In this document: positions 32,669-43,125 of the stretch, one piece after another | How positions within the stretch are numbered: the first letter of the stretch is position 1 | How the letters are laid out: each line of letters opens with the position of its first letter | Source: Verrucomicrobiota bacterium | GTDB taxonomy: Bacteria; Verrucomicrobiota; Verrucomicrobiia; Opitutales; Cerasicoccaceae | Assembly: GCA_039818205.1 (NCBI GenBank) | Contig: JBCBUK010000002.1 | Location: 224,001-288,000 of the forward strand | Reading direction: 5' to 3' | DNA length: 64,000 nucleotides | Translations under genes and position numbers: made by a program | The notes under the pieces: model-generated | Seen by the model: only the letters and a program-made list of their open reading frames with translations | Databases searched by the model: none | What the model was told of the DNA's origin: nothing

Positions 32669-34003
32669 CTATTCCGCTTCGAAAATCCGAAGATTAAATG
32701 GAGTTTCTAAACAAAAGTCCATGTCTTGGATCAGCGAAAGGGCCCTGCTGATTTTTGCTTCACTGGCCTGATGGGTTGTGAAAATCAGGGATGCACTGGA
32801 GGAGTCCTTCTCCTCGAGTTGGATCATACTGGCGACCGAGATCTCGTTATCGGCAAAAATTTGAGTGATCTGGGCAAGGACTCCCGGTTGGTCCTTAACA
32901 TGTAAACGCAGGTAATACGGACAGACCATATGCTCTGGGCCTGCGAGTTGGACCTCCTCAGCCAGTGCGCGGTAAGTATCCTCATCTTCCTCGGAGATGA
33001 CCGGTGGGGGAGCACCAAGTAGCGCGACAACGGCGTCGGCAATGTCGCTGATGACTGCGCTTGCGGTCGCATCTTGTCCGGCGCCACGACCAACCAGGAC
33101 CGTGGTTCCAACGACATCACCGGTTAGGCTGATGCCATTGAAGACTTCGTCAACTTGAGCAATCAACTCCCCCTTCGCAATCAGCGCGGGGTGTAGTCGA
33201 ACCGATACCGTGTTGTTATTAAAGTCCCGGCGAATGACGGCCAGCAGTTTGATCTTGTAGCCCAAATCCTTGGCGTGGGCGATGTCTGCGGTGGTAATCT
33301 CGCGAATTCCTTCGACAACCATGTCATCCAGTTTGACCCATTTTCCGTGGGCAAGGAAAGCGAGGATAACGGCCTTGTGGGCTGCATCCCATCCGTCGAG
33401 GTCGAGCGATTCATCTGCCTCAACATAGCCGAGCGCGCGGGCGTCGTCTAAGGTTGCCTCAAAACTCAGACCCTCGCGTTCCATCCGGGTCAAGATGTAG
33501 TTGGAGGTGCCGTTGAGGATGCCGAAAATGAGCGGGAACCGATTGGCCACGAGGCCTTCGCGCAATGATTTGATGATTGGAATGCCGCCGGCGACGGAGG
33601 CTTCGAAGAAGTAGTGAGCTCCTGAGGCGCGGGCAGTAGCGAAAATCTCTTCACCGTGATCGCAGATCAGTGCCTTGTTCGCGGTGACTACGGTCTTACC
33701 GGACCTGAGCGCCTTTAGGGTGAGTTCCCGGGCAAGTGTGGTTCCACCGATCAGCTCACAGATGATGTCGATCGATGGATCGTCGACGATTGAAAACGGG
33801 TCATCAGTGAGCTTGTCAGTCCCTGGATTGACGTCGCGGGCCTTCGTTAGGTCGCGGGCTGAGGCGCGAACGAGTTCGAGTTTTGCGCCCAAGCGATACT
33901 CCAAGGCAGACATGTCTGCTTCCAGGTGTTTCCAGACTCCCTGCCCAACGGTTCCGAAGCCGAGCAGTCCGATACGAATAGTGCGTTTACTAGTCACGCT
34001 CAT
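32669..34003 (-). CDS. hom: Homoserine dehydrogenase with ACT domain
   Basis: GLLGFGTVG, VTANKA, FEASVAGGIP, GILNGTSNYIL and ACT motif DQPGVLAQI; start placed at ATG 34003. Confidence 0.96.
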   Translation of the reverse strand: MSVTSKRTIRIGLLGFGTVGQGVWKHLEADMSALEYRLGAKLELVRASARDLTKARDVNPGTDKLTDDPFSIVDDPSIDIICELIGGTTLARELTLKALRSGKTVVTANKALICDHGEEIFATARASGAHYFFEASVAGGIPIIKSLREGLVANRFPLIFGILNGTSNYILTRMEREGLSFEATLDDARALGYVEADESLDLDGWDAAHKAVILAFLAHGKWVKLDDMVVEGIREITTADIAHAKDLGYKIKLLAVIRRDFNNNTVSVRLHPALIAKGELIAQVDEVFNGISLTGDVVGTTVLVGRGAGQDATASAVISDIADAVVALLGAPPPVISEEDEDTYRALAEEVQLAGPEHMVCPYYLRLHVKDQPGVLAQITQIFADNEISVASMIQLEEKDSSSASLIFTTHQASEAKISRALSLIQDMDFCLETPFNLRIFEAE

Positions 34004-34261
34004 AGGGAAGTGGTGCTGCCCTTGGTTTGGCAACGCAAAATCGCTGACCTTGTGGATTCAGCGCATCGTAAAAACCGGGTAAATGAATCAGTGAAGTTAC
34101 GCTGGAGTCACAGTACTGTTCATATGGTGACAGACAGATAAGGATTAATCACTTTCATAAACACCTGGCGATTAATGATTGCCAGATTTACTTAATCTGC
34201 TTTAGGGTCCATATCCTACTTTGGTAGTACTGCTATTTAAAACTCCAACCTGCTATCCAAA

Positions 34262-34984
34262 ATGAGCGACGGAACCAATGAGGGCGATCTAGTCGATCGT
34301 CTGATCGATGAACTCCAAACCGCCCAGCGCGACCGACGCAATGCCCGAAATATCATGACGGCTTTGATTGCGATTGTTGTGGTGGTTTTTGTTTTCTTGG
34401 GAATCCAAGAAGTTAGCCAATTTCAAGACGAAGAGCTTGATAAGTTTGCCGAGGCACTTGCGATCGAAGCGACGGACCTCGGGCCTCAGATTGGGGAGGA
34501 CATCAGCCAGGCATTCAATCGCCTTGGGCCGGTATACGAAAAAGCCTTTGTCGATGTGTTTCAGCGCGATGAGGAACAATACTACACGGTTCTCTCCGAT
34601 GAATACATTGGATTGCAGCAGCACGCTCAATCGAGCTGGCCGAAAATTGAGGAAGCCTTGGCGGAGCTCGTTGTCACTCAGGAAGACACTGCTCGCACCG
34701 AGCTCGCTAAGTTCGTTGATCGCGAGAAGCTTGCCGACTTGAGCTACCATTACAATCAAGCGCTTCAGGACTATCTCTCCAAATACATGGAGGGGCGTTT
34801 TGCGGTGAACTTGGAGGTCAGCGAAGATATCGTGAACAAGCTGAACCAAATTGCTGAGGACGAGAAAGATATGTCTCCTCCCGATACGAAATACACGATT
34901 GGGTTGATGCTTGAGCTGCTAGGTCTTGAGATGCAGGAAGCCGCCGAAATTGAGTTTGAATCTGAAAATGGGACAGGAGCATAG
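34262..34984 (+). CDS. Hypothetical single-TM, acidic, helical protein
   Basis: 240-aa ORF; TM segment IMTALIAIVVVVFVFLGI followed by amphipathic helices. Confidence 0.7.
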   Translation: MSDGTNEGDLVDRLIDELQTAQRDRRNARNIMTALIAIVVVVFVFLGIQEVSQFQDEELDKFAEALAIEATDLGPQIGEDISQAFNRLGPVYEKAFVDVFQRDEEQYYTVLSDEYIGLQQHAQSSWPKIEEALAELVVTQEDTARTELAKFVDREKLADLSYHYNQALQDYLSKYMEGRFAVNLEVSEDIVNKLNQIAEDEKDMSPPDTKYTIGLMLELLGLEMQEAAEIEFESENGTGA

Positions 34985-34986
34985 TC

Positions 34987-35694
34987 ATGAGCGACGCTGA
35001 TCAAAAACTTATCGATTTTATGCGGTCTGAGATCGCACGCACTCGCAAGGGTGTCAGCCAGACTTATCTCTTAGGTATCATTGTCGCAGTCCTGGTGGCT
35101 GGCTACATGACCTTCATTTTGTCCATGGTTCGCCAAGCGACTGACGGCCAGTTCTTGGCCAGCGCGGTTCGCATGCAGGTGGAAGCCGCAGTTCCCGAAA
35201 TGATTGATAGCGGGGAGCAAGCCTTGGCGCAGAAGGCAACGGGCATGGCCGAGACCATGAGCCGTCGTTTCATGGAAGGCGTTCCGAAGTTAGTCAATCA
35301 GGGTAAGGCTCAAATTGATGAAACCCACGAGGTTATTATCCCTTATCTCTCGAATGAATTCTCTGAGGTGGTTCGACTCTATGTCCTTTCTAATCAAGAG
35401 GAGTTGACAGCGTTTGCTGACCAGCACAATAGCCAGGAGTTTGCGACTGAGTTCACCGACCAGATGATGACGGAGTTTGCTGTTCAAATCGATGCCCGGA
35501 TGTCCGACGCAACCGATGGTGAAGGTCTGGCCTATTTCAACGAGAACCTGCTGACCTCATTGGTTGCCATGGATACCAAGTTGGACGAGTTGGTTTCGAA
35601 GCCCGTTGATGAGCTTACGCAGCGCGAGCGTTTGCAACGGCGTATTCTGGCTCGCCTAGTGTCCAGCGTGACTTCCCACGAGAACGCGCAATAG
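34987..35694 (+). CDS. Hypothetical single-TM helical protein
   Basis: 235-aa ORF starting 2 bp after the previous stop, with GGAG upstream; TM segment YLLGIIVAVLVAGYMTFIL. Confidence 0.7.
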   Translation: MSDADQKLIDFMRSEIARTRKGVSQTYLLGIIVAVLVAGYMTFILSMVRQATDGQFLASAVRMQVEAAVPEMIDSGEQALAQKATGMAETMSRRFMEGVPKLVNQGKAQIDETHEVIIPYLSNEFSEVVRLYVLSNQEELTAFADQHNSQEFATEFTDQMMTEFAVQIDARMSDATDGEGLAYFNENLLTSLVAMDTKLDELVSKPVDELTQRERLQRRILARLVSSVTSHENAQ

Positions 35695-35735
35695 GTTCTA
35701 ATCGCGACTTCCTTATCACCATTGCAATTGTTTGG

Positions 35736-35763
35736 GCTCCCTGGAAACGGGGAGCTTTTTTTT
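35736..35763 (+). terminator. Intrinsic terminator after the two-gene helical module
   Basis: gctccctg-gaaa-cggggagc followed by a T-run. Confidence 0.8.
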
Positions 35764-36985
35764 AACTCGTTTTGCGGAATCGATCGTTACGCCAGAGGGC
35801 GGCGAACATAACACTGGATAGAAGTGCGGCGAGGGCTGCCATCAGGCCAACGCCCGGTGGAGAAAGCATTGCAAGGACCGTGTATCCGATAAACGGAGCA
35901 AAGATTCCGCGAATTCCTGTAAAGGCGGTATGGACGCTCATATAGGCGGAAACTTTTTCCGGTGGAGCGATCTTTGTGACCCACAAGGTCCAGCCAATCA
36001 TTCCGCCTCCCATGCCAAATCCAATAAATGCGGCCCCGGTGTAGATGATGGTGAGCGAGTCCCCATAGAAATAGAGCAGCATCCCAACAACAAAGCAGCT
36101 GTTCACGCAGATACGCCAAACGATGAAGTTGATGCGATCAAATAGGGCGCCCCAGAATTTGCCGCTGATGATGCGGGCGATTGCGGGGATGATCACGTTG
36201 GCGAGTGCGACTTGTTCGTTTGTCGCGTCGATTCCGTAGTCGGGGTTCGCGAGGATCTCAACCCGGATGGGCATTGTCATCAGATTGGCGATCCCAATCA
36301 TCATCCAGCTTGCTAGCAACCATCCGAAGAGCTTGTCGTCCCAAGCCAGCCTCAGGTTTTTAAGGGGGTTGGTGGTTTGTTCGGACGCGAGGGGCGTAGA
36401 TGGGATCTTGAGCAAAATTCCTGCATTGACCAAGCAACCAAAGGCCATGGCGAATAAGATAACCGGATACCAACTGAAATCCCAGTCGAGGAGTTTTCCT
36501 CCAAGGAAGGAAAAAATGCCGGTTCCTGCGGCGACCATTACCATCACCGTGGAGACCTTTTGTCCACGCTCCTGGGGGGTGTAGTTGTGGGCGTAGGTGT
36601 GAATAACGAGCGGCGTTGGCTGGGCATAGATCACGTTCCCGATGACAAACAGCGCCGTAAAGGTAAGCAGGTCGTCAACGAGGGCGGACGCGATCAGGAG
36701 GATACTTGCAGACACCAAGTAGAGTGAGATGACTTTGGTTACGCGCAGCCTAGTTGCCCGCGCGACCCACAGCGAAATGGTGTTTAGTAGTAGCCCGATA
36801 AATCCCGCTGCGGGGATCAGTCCTTTGATGAATTCGGATCCGCCAGCAACGTCGTCGGCCCCGTAGCCGCGAATCACAATGAGTAGGCCAAAGGTGATCC
36901 AGCTGCCTTCGGCGAGACCCAAAAAAAGCGCCCGCATACAGTCGTATCGGTAGGTTAACTTGGCTCTCTGAATCTGCGATTCCAA
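35762..36985 (-). CDS. MFS-type transporter
   Basis: About 12 hydrophobic segments; WGALFDRIN loop motif. Confidence 0.8.
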   Translation of the reverse strand: MESQIQRAKLTYRYDCMRALFLGLAEGSWITFGLLIVIRGYGADDVAGGSEFIKGLIPAAGFIGLLLNTISLWVARATRLRVTKVISLYLVSASILLIASALVDDLLTFTALFVIGNVIYAQPTPLVIHTYAHNYTPQERGQKVSTVMVMVAAGTGIFSFLGGKLLDWDFSWYPVILFAMAFGCLVNAGILLKIPSTPLASEQTTNPLKNLRLAWDDKLFGWLLASWMMIGIANLMTMPIRVEILANPDYGIDATNEQVALANVIIPAIARIISGKFWGALFDRINFIVWRICVNSCFVVGMLLYFYGDSLTIIYTGAAFIGFGMGGGMIGWTLWVTKIAPPEKVSAYMSVHTAFTGIRGIFAPFIGYTVLAMLSPPGVGLMAALAALLSSVMFAALWRNDRFRKTS

Positions 36986-37063
36986 GAGCTGATATACTCA
37001 CCTTGTGGGTCCGGGCACAATCCTTAATCAGATGCGCCGCAGGTGCCTATAGGGGTCGAGTAT

Positions 37064-38008
37064 CTATATAGGCTTTGTAATGCAAAGTAGAAACGTTGCA
37101 ACACAATGGTCATCAATGCTTATTGAGCGAAGTTCAGGACAAAATTTTGGGCGTTCGCTTTCGACCAATTGTCTGGCCACGTTCCAGGCGGGTTCTGGTA
37201 CCGATTCTGGCGGAATATCTCCCAGTGCTTTGTTAGTCCCAACCAGGTGGCGAATTAGGAATTCATATTCTGCCCCAGAATTCTCGGCCCATTCTCGGTA
37301 TTGGTTGAATCGAATGCGGTTGGGGCGTCCGGTGTTCTGAACCATCATGCGATGGCAAGCAGGAGAGGTTTGTAGCCACGCCAATTCCCCCCAGGATTTG
37401 AAAAGCCCTAGGCAACGGAGATCGATGACGTGTAGCATCCGGCCGCCGGGTCTGAGCCGTTCATAGCATAGTTCCAGTAGCGGCATTGGGTCGAGAACGT
37501 GTTGTAATACGCTGTTGCTTAGAATCAGGTCATACTCGGAGTCGTCTACTCTGAGGTGGTCCTCGGCTGGGACTCCCTGGACGAGTCGAAAGGCATCGTA
37601 GGTGGTCGCAATTGCTTCGCTTGGCAGTGCTGCCTTTCCGGTTCGTTTTTCTTCGCGCTCTTTTAAAATCTGGGCGACTTGCAGTTCCTTCTCGCGATCG
37701 TGGTGGGATTGGAATCGTTCGAAAAAGGTCACGGAATCGGCACCGCGTGCCCGCATCAGATACCCACCCGCGAGGGAATCGCCTGGGCCGAGCTCACAGA
37801 CATCACCGCGGTAAGCGTTAGGTCCGCTCAGCAGCTGCTCAAACAAGCCGACATACCATTCGGCATAGTCGGCCGACTTTTCTGCGGAATAGCGTTGATG
37901 TCGCTTTCCACTGCCGAAACTACCAATGCCGAGTCGTGTGCAAATCCCAAGGACGCTGTCCGTTGCGATATAGTATGCTCTGGTAAGTGATTTAGCGATG
38001 GCGGCCAT
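37064..38008 (-). CDS. Class I SAM-dependent methyltransferase
   Basis: VCELGPGDS, YDLILSNSVLQHV and LRPGG. Confidence 0.82.
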   Translation of the reverse strand: MAAIAKSLTRAYYIATDSVLGICTRLGIGSFGSGKRHQRYSAEKSADYAEWYVGLFEQLLSGPNAYRGDVCELGPGDSLAGGYLMRARGADSVTFFERFQSHHDREKELQVAQILKEREEKRTGKAALPSEAIATTYDAFRLVQGVPAEDHLRVDDSEYDLILSNSVLQHVLDPMPLLELCYERLRPGGRMLHVIDLRCLGLFKSWGELAWLQTSPACHRMMVQNTGRPNRIRFNQYREWAENSGAEYEFLIRHLVGTNKALGDIPPESVPEPAWNVARQLVESERPKFCPELRSISIDDHCVATFLLCITKPI

Positions 38009-38068
38009 GATCTTTACCGGCTGTGTGACGAATCGAGATCATGCCAACCTAATTAGCGCTTGGCGAGA

Positions 38069-38884
38069 TCACGAGGCTTTCCGCGCCTCAGACTCCAATA
38101 ATTCCAGCCCTGCATTGACGTCGGTCGTATCTGAAAGCACCTGTCCACTCTTCAGCACAATGACACGCCCACAGAGGTTTCGAATCTTCTCGGAATCGTG
38201 GCTGACAAAAATGATCGTGCGATCCTCCTCTTGGGTTAGCTCGCGCATCTTCTTGAGGCTCTTGGCCTGAAATTCTTTGTCACCGACCGCGAGCACCTCA
38301 TCGACGATCAATATCTCAGAATCTAGATGAGCGGCGACCGAAAACGCTAGCCGGACATACATGCCCGATGAGTAGCGCTTAACGGGTGTGTCGAGGAAGC
38401 GCTCGACTCCGGAGAACTCAACAATCTGATCAAACTTCAGGCCAATTTCCTTTCTGGGCATGCCCAAAATGGACCCATTGAGGAAGATGTTTTCGCGCCC
38501 GGTGAGCTCCGGGTGAAAACCGGTGCCAACCTCGAGCAGACTGGCGAGTCGCCCTTGGATCGTCATCTTGCCGGTTGAAGGGGTGACGATCCGGCTCAGC
38601 GTTTTTAGGAACGTCGATTTCCCTGCGCCGTTTCGGCCAATCAGCCCAATGCGTTCGCCCGGATGGATGGTGACATCGATATTCTTGAGCGCCCAGAAGT
38701 CTTCATCGGTTTCGGGTTGGTGTGTCTCATGAGCTTTCTTGGAAAGAAACTTGAAAGGCGATTTTAACAGCCGAGTAACGTCCTCATTGATCCGCGAGTA
38801 GCCCGGCATCTTTTGCCCGTTGGGCAAGTGATGTATTCGGTATTTCTTACCGAGGTTTTCGACTTTGATCGCAAAATTGTCCAT
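38069..38884 (-). CDS. wzt: Polysaccharide ABC exporter ATP-binding subunit (Wzt), no C-terminal domain
   Basis: GRNGAGKST, GTGFHPELTGRENI, YSSGMYVRLAFS and DEVLAVGD. Confidence 0.92.
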   Translation of the reverse strand: MDNFAIKVENLGKKYRIHHLPNGQKMPGYSRINEDVTRLLKSPFKFLSKKAHETHQPETDEDFWALKNIDVTIHPGERIGLIGRNGAGKSTFLKTLSRIVTPSTGKMTIQGRLASLLEVGTGFHPELTGRENIFLNGSILGMPRKEIGLKFDQIVEFSGVERFLDTPVKRYSSGMYVRLAFSVAAHLDSEILIVDEVLAVGDKEFQAKSLKKMRELTQEEDRTIIFVSHDSEKIRNLCGRVIVLKSGQVLSDTTDVNAGLELLESEARKAS

Positions 38885-38929
38885 GTGCTTCGTGCTGCCG
38901 GTATCAGGTCCCAGTTGTCGTGCTTTAGG

Positions 38930-39817
38930 TTAGATGATGTCCGCGAACCAGGATTCGCTACTACGGAAGAAACGGATGCCAAACCAGCAGACGGCCACCG
39001 TCGCGACCATTGAGACCACCAGACCCGGTAGGTAGAGTGTTGCGCTATCCAAGATGGCCCAGCGGAAGCCATCGACAACGCCGACCATCGGATTGAGCGA
39101 ATAAATGAAGCGCCAGGCTTCCGGCACCTTGTCGCTGCTGAATCCCACTGGTGTTATGTATAAGCCAATCTGAATGACGAACGGCAGGATATGTTTGAAA
39201 TCACGATAGCGAACGTTCAACGCGGCGACCAAAACCCCAACGCCAAATGAGAGCGTGCCGGCGAGCAAAAGCAACGGCAGTAGGCAGATCAGCCTCCAGG
39301 TGAAGGAGACGTCAAACAACAGCATCAGCGCAAACAGCAGCACCAAGGATATAACAAAGTCGACCAGGCTGACCAGGAGTGAGCTGGCAGGTAATATTAA
39401 TCGCGGAAAATAGATCTTCGCGACAATACTGGTGTTGTTCGTCATCGATAGGGCGACATTTGTCAGGCCCTCGGAAAAGAACTGCCAAACAATCACGCCA
39501 GAGAAAACCATGACCGCATACGGATAGGGAGCGTCCTTGGCCAATCCAGCGACGTAGCCAAAAACGATCGTCATCACGGCCATCATCAGGATGGGTCGCA
39601 AAACTGACCAAAAGATGCCGACTGCCGTTTGCTTGTAGCGGACTATAAAGTCACGCCAGGCTAAGAATCCGAAGAGTTCGCGGAAGCGCCAGATCTCGTC
39701 CCAGGGGACCATCGCGAACTTGGCGGCATCTACTTCAACCCGATGGTTCTTGTACCGATCAGGCAATGGCTGATTGGCGTAGTCCTGTGGTGTGTCGGTG
39801 GTCTTAGCTTCTGACAT
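38930..39817 (-). CDS. wzm: Polysaccharide ABC exporter permease (Wzm)
   Basis: RDFIVRYKQTAVG, KIYFPR and LNPMVGVVDGFR. Confidence 0.92.
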   Translation of the reverse strand: MSEAKTTDTPQDYANQPLPDRYKNHRVEVDAAKFAMVPWDEIWRFRELFGFLAWRDFIVRYKQTAVGIFWSVLRPILMMAVMTIVFGYVAGLAKDAPYPYAVMVFSGVIVWQFFSEGLTNVALSMTNNTSIVAKIYFPRLILPASSLLVSLVDFVISLVLLFALMLLFDVSFTWRLICLLPLLLLAGTLSFGVGVLVAALNVRYRDFKHILPFVIQIGLYITPVGFSSDKVPEAWRFIYSLNPMVGVVDGFRWAILDSATLYLPGLVVSMVATVAVCWFGIRFFRSSESWFADII

Positions 39818-39976
39818 TCGTGTGCATCAACGCAGTTAATCCTCCGAAAGGTAATTGGGTGCCAGCCTTGGTGGCGACAATTTTTCCTTGGCGTATGCGG
39901 TTGGGAGGATCACCTCGGTAATTGATAGTATCCGGATTCGTCCGTGGAGGAGGCGAACGGATTCAGCGGGTGCTCG

Positions 39977-40990
39977 CTATGGACGAGCACCTTCCGGATA
40001 AGGTTTGCCTTGGAGGAGATCCATGTCGGCTTCGACCATGATCTTGGCGAGGCCCTTCATGCGAGTCTGTGGTTCCCAGCCGAGCTTCTCCTTCGCCTTG
40101 GAGTAATCGCCAATCAGCAGGTCTACTTCAGCTGGGCGGAGGAACCGCTCGTCAAAGTCCACGTAATCCTTCCAGTCGAGATCCACGGCTTCAAACGAGG
40201 CATCAAGGAAATCACGGATCGAATGTGTTTCGTTGGTTGCGAGCACGTAGTCGTCAGGCTCGTCTTGCTGAAGCATGCGCCACATGCCTTCGACGTATTC
40301 CTTAGCAAAGCCCCAGTCGCGCTTGGAGTCGAGGTTGCCGAGGAAGAGCTTGTCTTGCTTGCCGAGCTTGATGGCTGCGGCAGCGAGTGTGATCTTGCGC
40401 GTTACAAAGGTTTCACCGCGGCGTGGGGACTCGTGGTTGAAGAGGATGCCGCTGCAAGCAAACATGTCGTAGGACTCACGATAGTTGACCGTGAGCCAGT
40501 GGGCCATCACCTTGGCACAGGCATAAGGCGAACGTGGCCAGAACGGCGTCGTTTCCTTTTGTGGGATCTCTTGAACCTTGCCGAACATCTCGGAGGAGGA
40601 CGCTTGATAAAAGCGAACCTTTTTGCCGATTCCGGCTTCAACGATTGCCTCGAGGATGCGACCGGCTCCCGCACCGGTGGCGTCTACGGTGTACTCCGGA
40701 ATGTCGAAGCTGACCCGTACGTGGCTTTGGGCGGCCAGATTGTAGATCTCATCCGGTTGCAGTTGGTAGAGGAGTTTCACCAGGGCAACAGAATCGCTCA
40801 GGTCACCATAGTGTAGGTGAAGCTTCGCGTCTTCTCCGTGCGTCTGGTGGTTGAGGTGGTCAATTCGCCCACGGTTCATTGAGCTCGAACGGCGCACAAT
40901 GCCGTGAACCTCGTAGCCCTTAGATAGTAGCAGTTCAGCAAGATAAGAACCGTCTTGCCCGGTAATGCCTGTGATCAGTGCCTTCTTCAT
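39977..40990 (-). CDS. gmd: GDP-mannose 4,6-dehydratase
   Basis: [40 protein letters not shown] and [16 protein letters not shown]. Confidence 0.96.
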   Translation of the reverse strand: MKKALITGITGQDGSYLAELLLSKGYEVHGIVRRSSSMNRGRIDHLNHQTHGEDAKLHLHYGDLSDSVALVKLLYQLQPDEIYNLAAQSHVRVSFDIPEYTVDATGAGAGRILEAIVEAGIGKKVRFYQASSSEMFGKVQEIPQKETTPFWPRSPYACAKVMAHWLTVNYRESYDMFACSGILFNHESPRRGETFVTRKITLAAAAIKLGKQDKLFLGNLDSKRDWGFAKEYVEGMWRMLQQDEPDDYVLATNETHSIRDFLDASFEAVDLDWKDYVDFDERFLRPAEVDLLIGDYSKAKEKLGWEPQTRMKGLAKIMVEADMDLLQGKPYPEGARP

Positions 40991-41005
40991 TGTAAAATTC
41001 GTCTA

Positions 41006-41995
41006 TTAGTTGCCGTGGTAGCGGTCCACTTGTGACTCGACGAGGCGTCGAACCATTTCCTCGAATCGAACGGTGTTCTCCCAGCCGAGTAGACGGCGGG
41101 CCTTCGAAGGATTGCCGCAAGGCGCGTAAGGTTCAACCGTTGTCACCAGGTCGGGATCATGCTTTACAAAGTCGCGCCAGTTCAAGTCCAAGCAATCAAA
41201 GGCGGTTGCGACGAGCGTCTCGACCGAGTGGAGTTTGCCGGTCGCGAGGATGAAGTCATCGACCGGGTCTGATTGAAGAATCGACCACATGCCGTTGACG
41301 TAGTCCGGAGCCCATCCCCAGTCGCGCTGCCCTTTGAGGCTGCCGAGCTGAAGGTCTTTCTGCTGGCCCAGTTTGATCCGAGCGGCTGCGCGAGCGATCT
41401 TCATGGTGACAAAGGTGTCACGCCGGCGGGGAGACTCGTGGTTGTAAAGGATCGCGGAGCAAGTCGGCAGACCATATGCCGTGCGATAAATGCGACCCAT
41501 TTCCTGGGAAAACGCTTTCGCAGCGCCGTAAGGCGTCGTCGGGTAGATCGGTGTCTGCTCGTCTTGAGGAGAGTGAGTGGGAGAGCCGAAGACTTCACTA
41601 CTCGAAGCGTAGAGGAAGCGCGGTGGCTCGTCCAGGTCGCGAATGATCTCCAAAAGGCGTAGGGTCGCCATGCCAACGCTCTCAACCGTGGTTTCCGGGA
41701 GCTCGAGGCTTAGGCGCGGGCTGGATTGGCCAGCAAGGTGGTAAAACTCCGACGGTTGAGCTTTATTAATGATGCGGCGTAGGTGGGTCGCATCTTCGAA
41801 GGCTCCCGTATGGAGGAAAAGCTTCTTCTTAAAGATTGATTCATCGTCAACCAAATGACGGATGTTGCCACTCTGCAGTGACTCCGGACGATGGACTAGT
41901 CCATGGACCTCGTATCCCTTCTCCAGCAGCAGCTCACACAGGTAGGATCCGTCCTGACCAGTGATTCCGGTAATAAATGCTGCCTGCTTGCTCAT
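41006..41995 (-). CDS. Second, divergent GDP-mannose 4,6-dehydratase-like protein
   Basis: [27 protein letters not shown] and NHESPRR; start placed at ATG 41995. Confidence 0.85.
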   Translation of the reverse strand: MSKQAAFITGITGQDGSYLCELLLEKGYEVHGLVHRPESLQSGNIRHLVDDESIFKKKLFLHTGAFEDATHLRRIINKAQPSEFYHLAGQSSPRLSLELPETTVESVGMATLRLLEIIRDLDEPPRFLYASSSEVFGSPTHSPQDEQTPIYPTTPYGAAKAFSQEMGRIYRTAYGLPTCSAILYNHESPRRRDTFVTMKIARAAARIKLGQQKDLQLGSLKGQRDWGWAPDYVNGMWSILQSDPVDDFILATGKLHSVETLVATAFDCLDLNWRDFVKHDPDLVTTVEPYAPCGNPSKARRLLGWENTVRFEEMVRRLVESQVDRYHGN

Positions 41996-42153
41996 GTGCT
42001 TCGAAGTTTTTTCAAAAATAGGGGAGACGCTTCTGCAAAAGGCGAGTGTTATGATCAAGAGTTCGAGCCAATGCAAGCAATCCTTGCAGCTCTAACTACG
42101 GCTAAAATGGACTTGGCATTTTTGAGATTATGGTACAACTTCGGATCTCTAGC

Positions 42154-42915
42154 ATGAAAAACCCACAGTTTATTGCTCTTGGTGCCGGTATTGCTGCTAT
42201 CGCTGTTGCATTCATTTTTCTCCTCCCAGAGGGGGATGAATCGGCCCCTTCTGAAGGCGGTTCGGCGGAACATTCGACCAGCTCCCATTTAGAAAACGAG
42301 GAGGTTGCGGCTTCCGAGTGGATTGAGACTGAGGTAGAGCCGAAGTCGGAAGAGGCAGCGGACGCTAGCCTTGAAGACAAGGGCGAATTCATTGCGGCAA
42401 GCATTGATGGCCCAACGTCGCTTTCTCCTGCAATCCTCGATATGATCCAGCACGAGTATTACGGTATTGGTGACGTTCTTGATGTAATGCCATCCGAAGG
42501 ACCGGAACGTGTTGCAAACTTGATTGATGCTTATCGCGCCAGTGGTAATCGGCCGGGCCATTTTCAAGATGCGTTGATGAACGAGCTGTCCTATGAGGAC
42601 GAGGGCAATACCAATATTTATGCGCTCATGATCTCGGAATTGGTTAGTGGCGACCCGGAGGCTCGCCAGCGTTCCTATAACAATATCATGTATTATGAGG
42701 ATGAAGGCATCATCGAATACCTGGAAAAAGTGAAAATTCCGGATGGTGATTACGAGCTCGGTCAGATGTTGCATGAGCTGAAGGACTGGTTGAATACCCC
42801 AGGTTATTGGGAAGTTTATGGTGACAAGTACGCCAAAGCCAACGACGCAGAACGTCAGCAAATGTATAACGATTTGTTGAAGCAAGCGGAAGCAAACCGC
42901 ACCGATAAGCAGTAG
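42154..42915 (+). CDS. Hypothetical N-terminally anchored acidic protein
   Basis: Anchor MKNPQFIALGAGIAAIAVAFIFLL, acidic linker and helical C-terminus. Confidence 0.65.
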   Translation: MKNPQFIALGAGIAAIAVAFIFLLPEGDESAPSEGGSAEHSTSSHLENEEVAASEWIETEVEPKSEEAADASLEDKGEFIAASIDGPTSLSPAILDMIQHEYYGIGDVLDVMPSEGPERVANLIDAYRASGNRPGHFQDALMNELSYEDEGNTNIYALMISELVSGDPEARQRSYNNIMYYEDEGIIEYLEKVKIPDGDYELGQMLHELKDWLNTPGYWEVYGDKYAKANDAERQQMYNDLLKQAEANRTDKQ

Positions 42916-43125
42916 TTTTTTTGGTTAAGCACACGATTAATATATCGTCCTAATTTACAGCCGCCTATATGAATAATTCATTGAACCTCCGAAATTCGTA
43001 GCTCCTTATTCATAAATAATTTCCAATAAATAAACTTTACAGAAATTAATCTTAGGATAGCCTTTGACCAATTCCGAGCTTACCTCTTGGAATAGTTATT
43101 AACCAACAAAATAACCTACACGACG

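Noticed and set aside
39944..40816. 290-aa plus-strand ORF
   Set aside because: Antisense shadow of gmd with no recognisable motifs.
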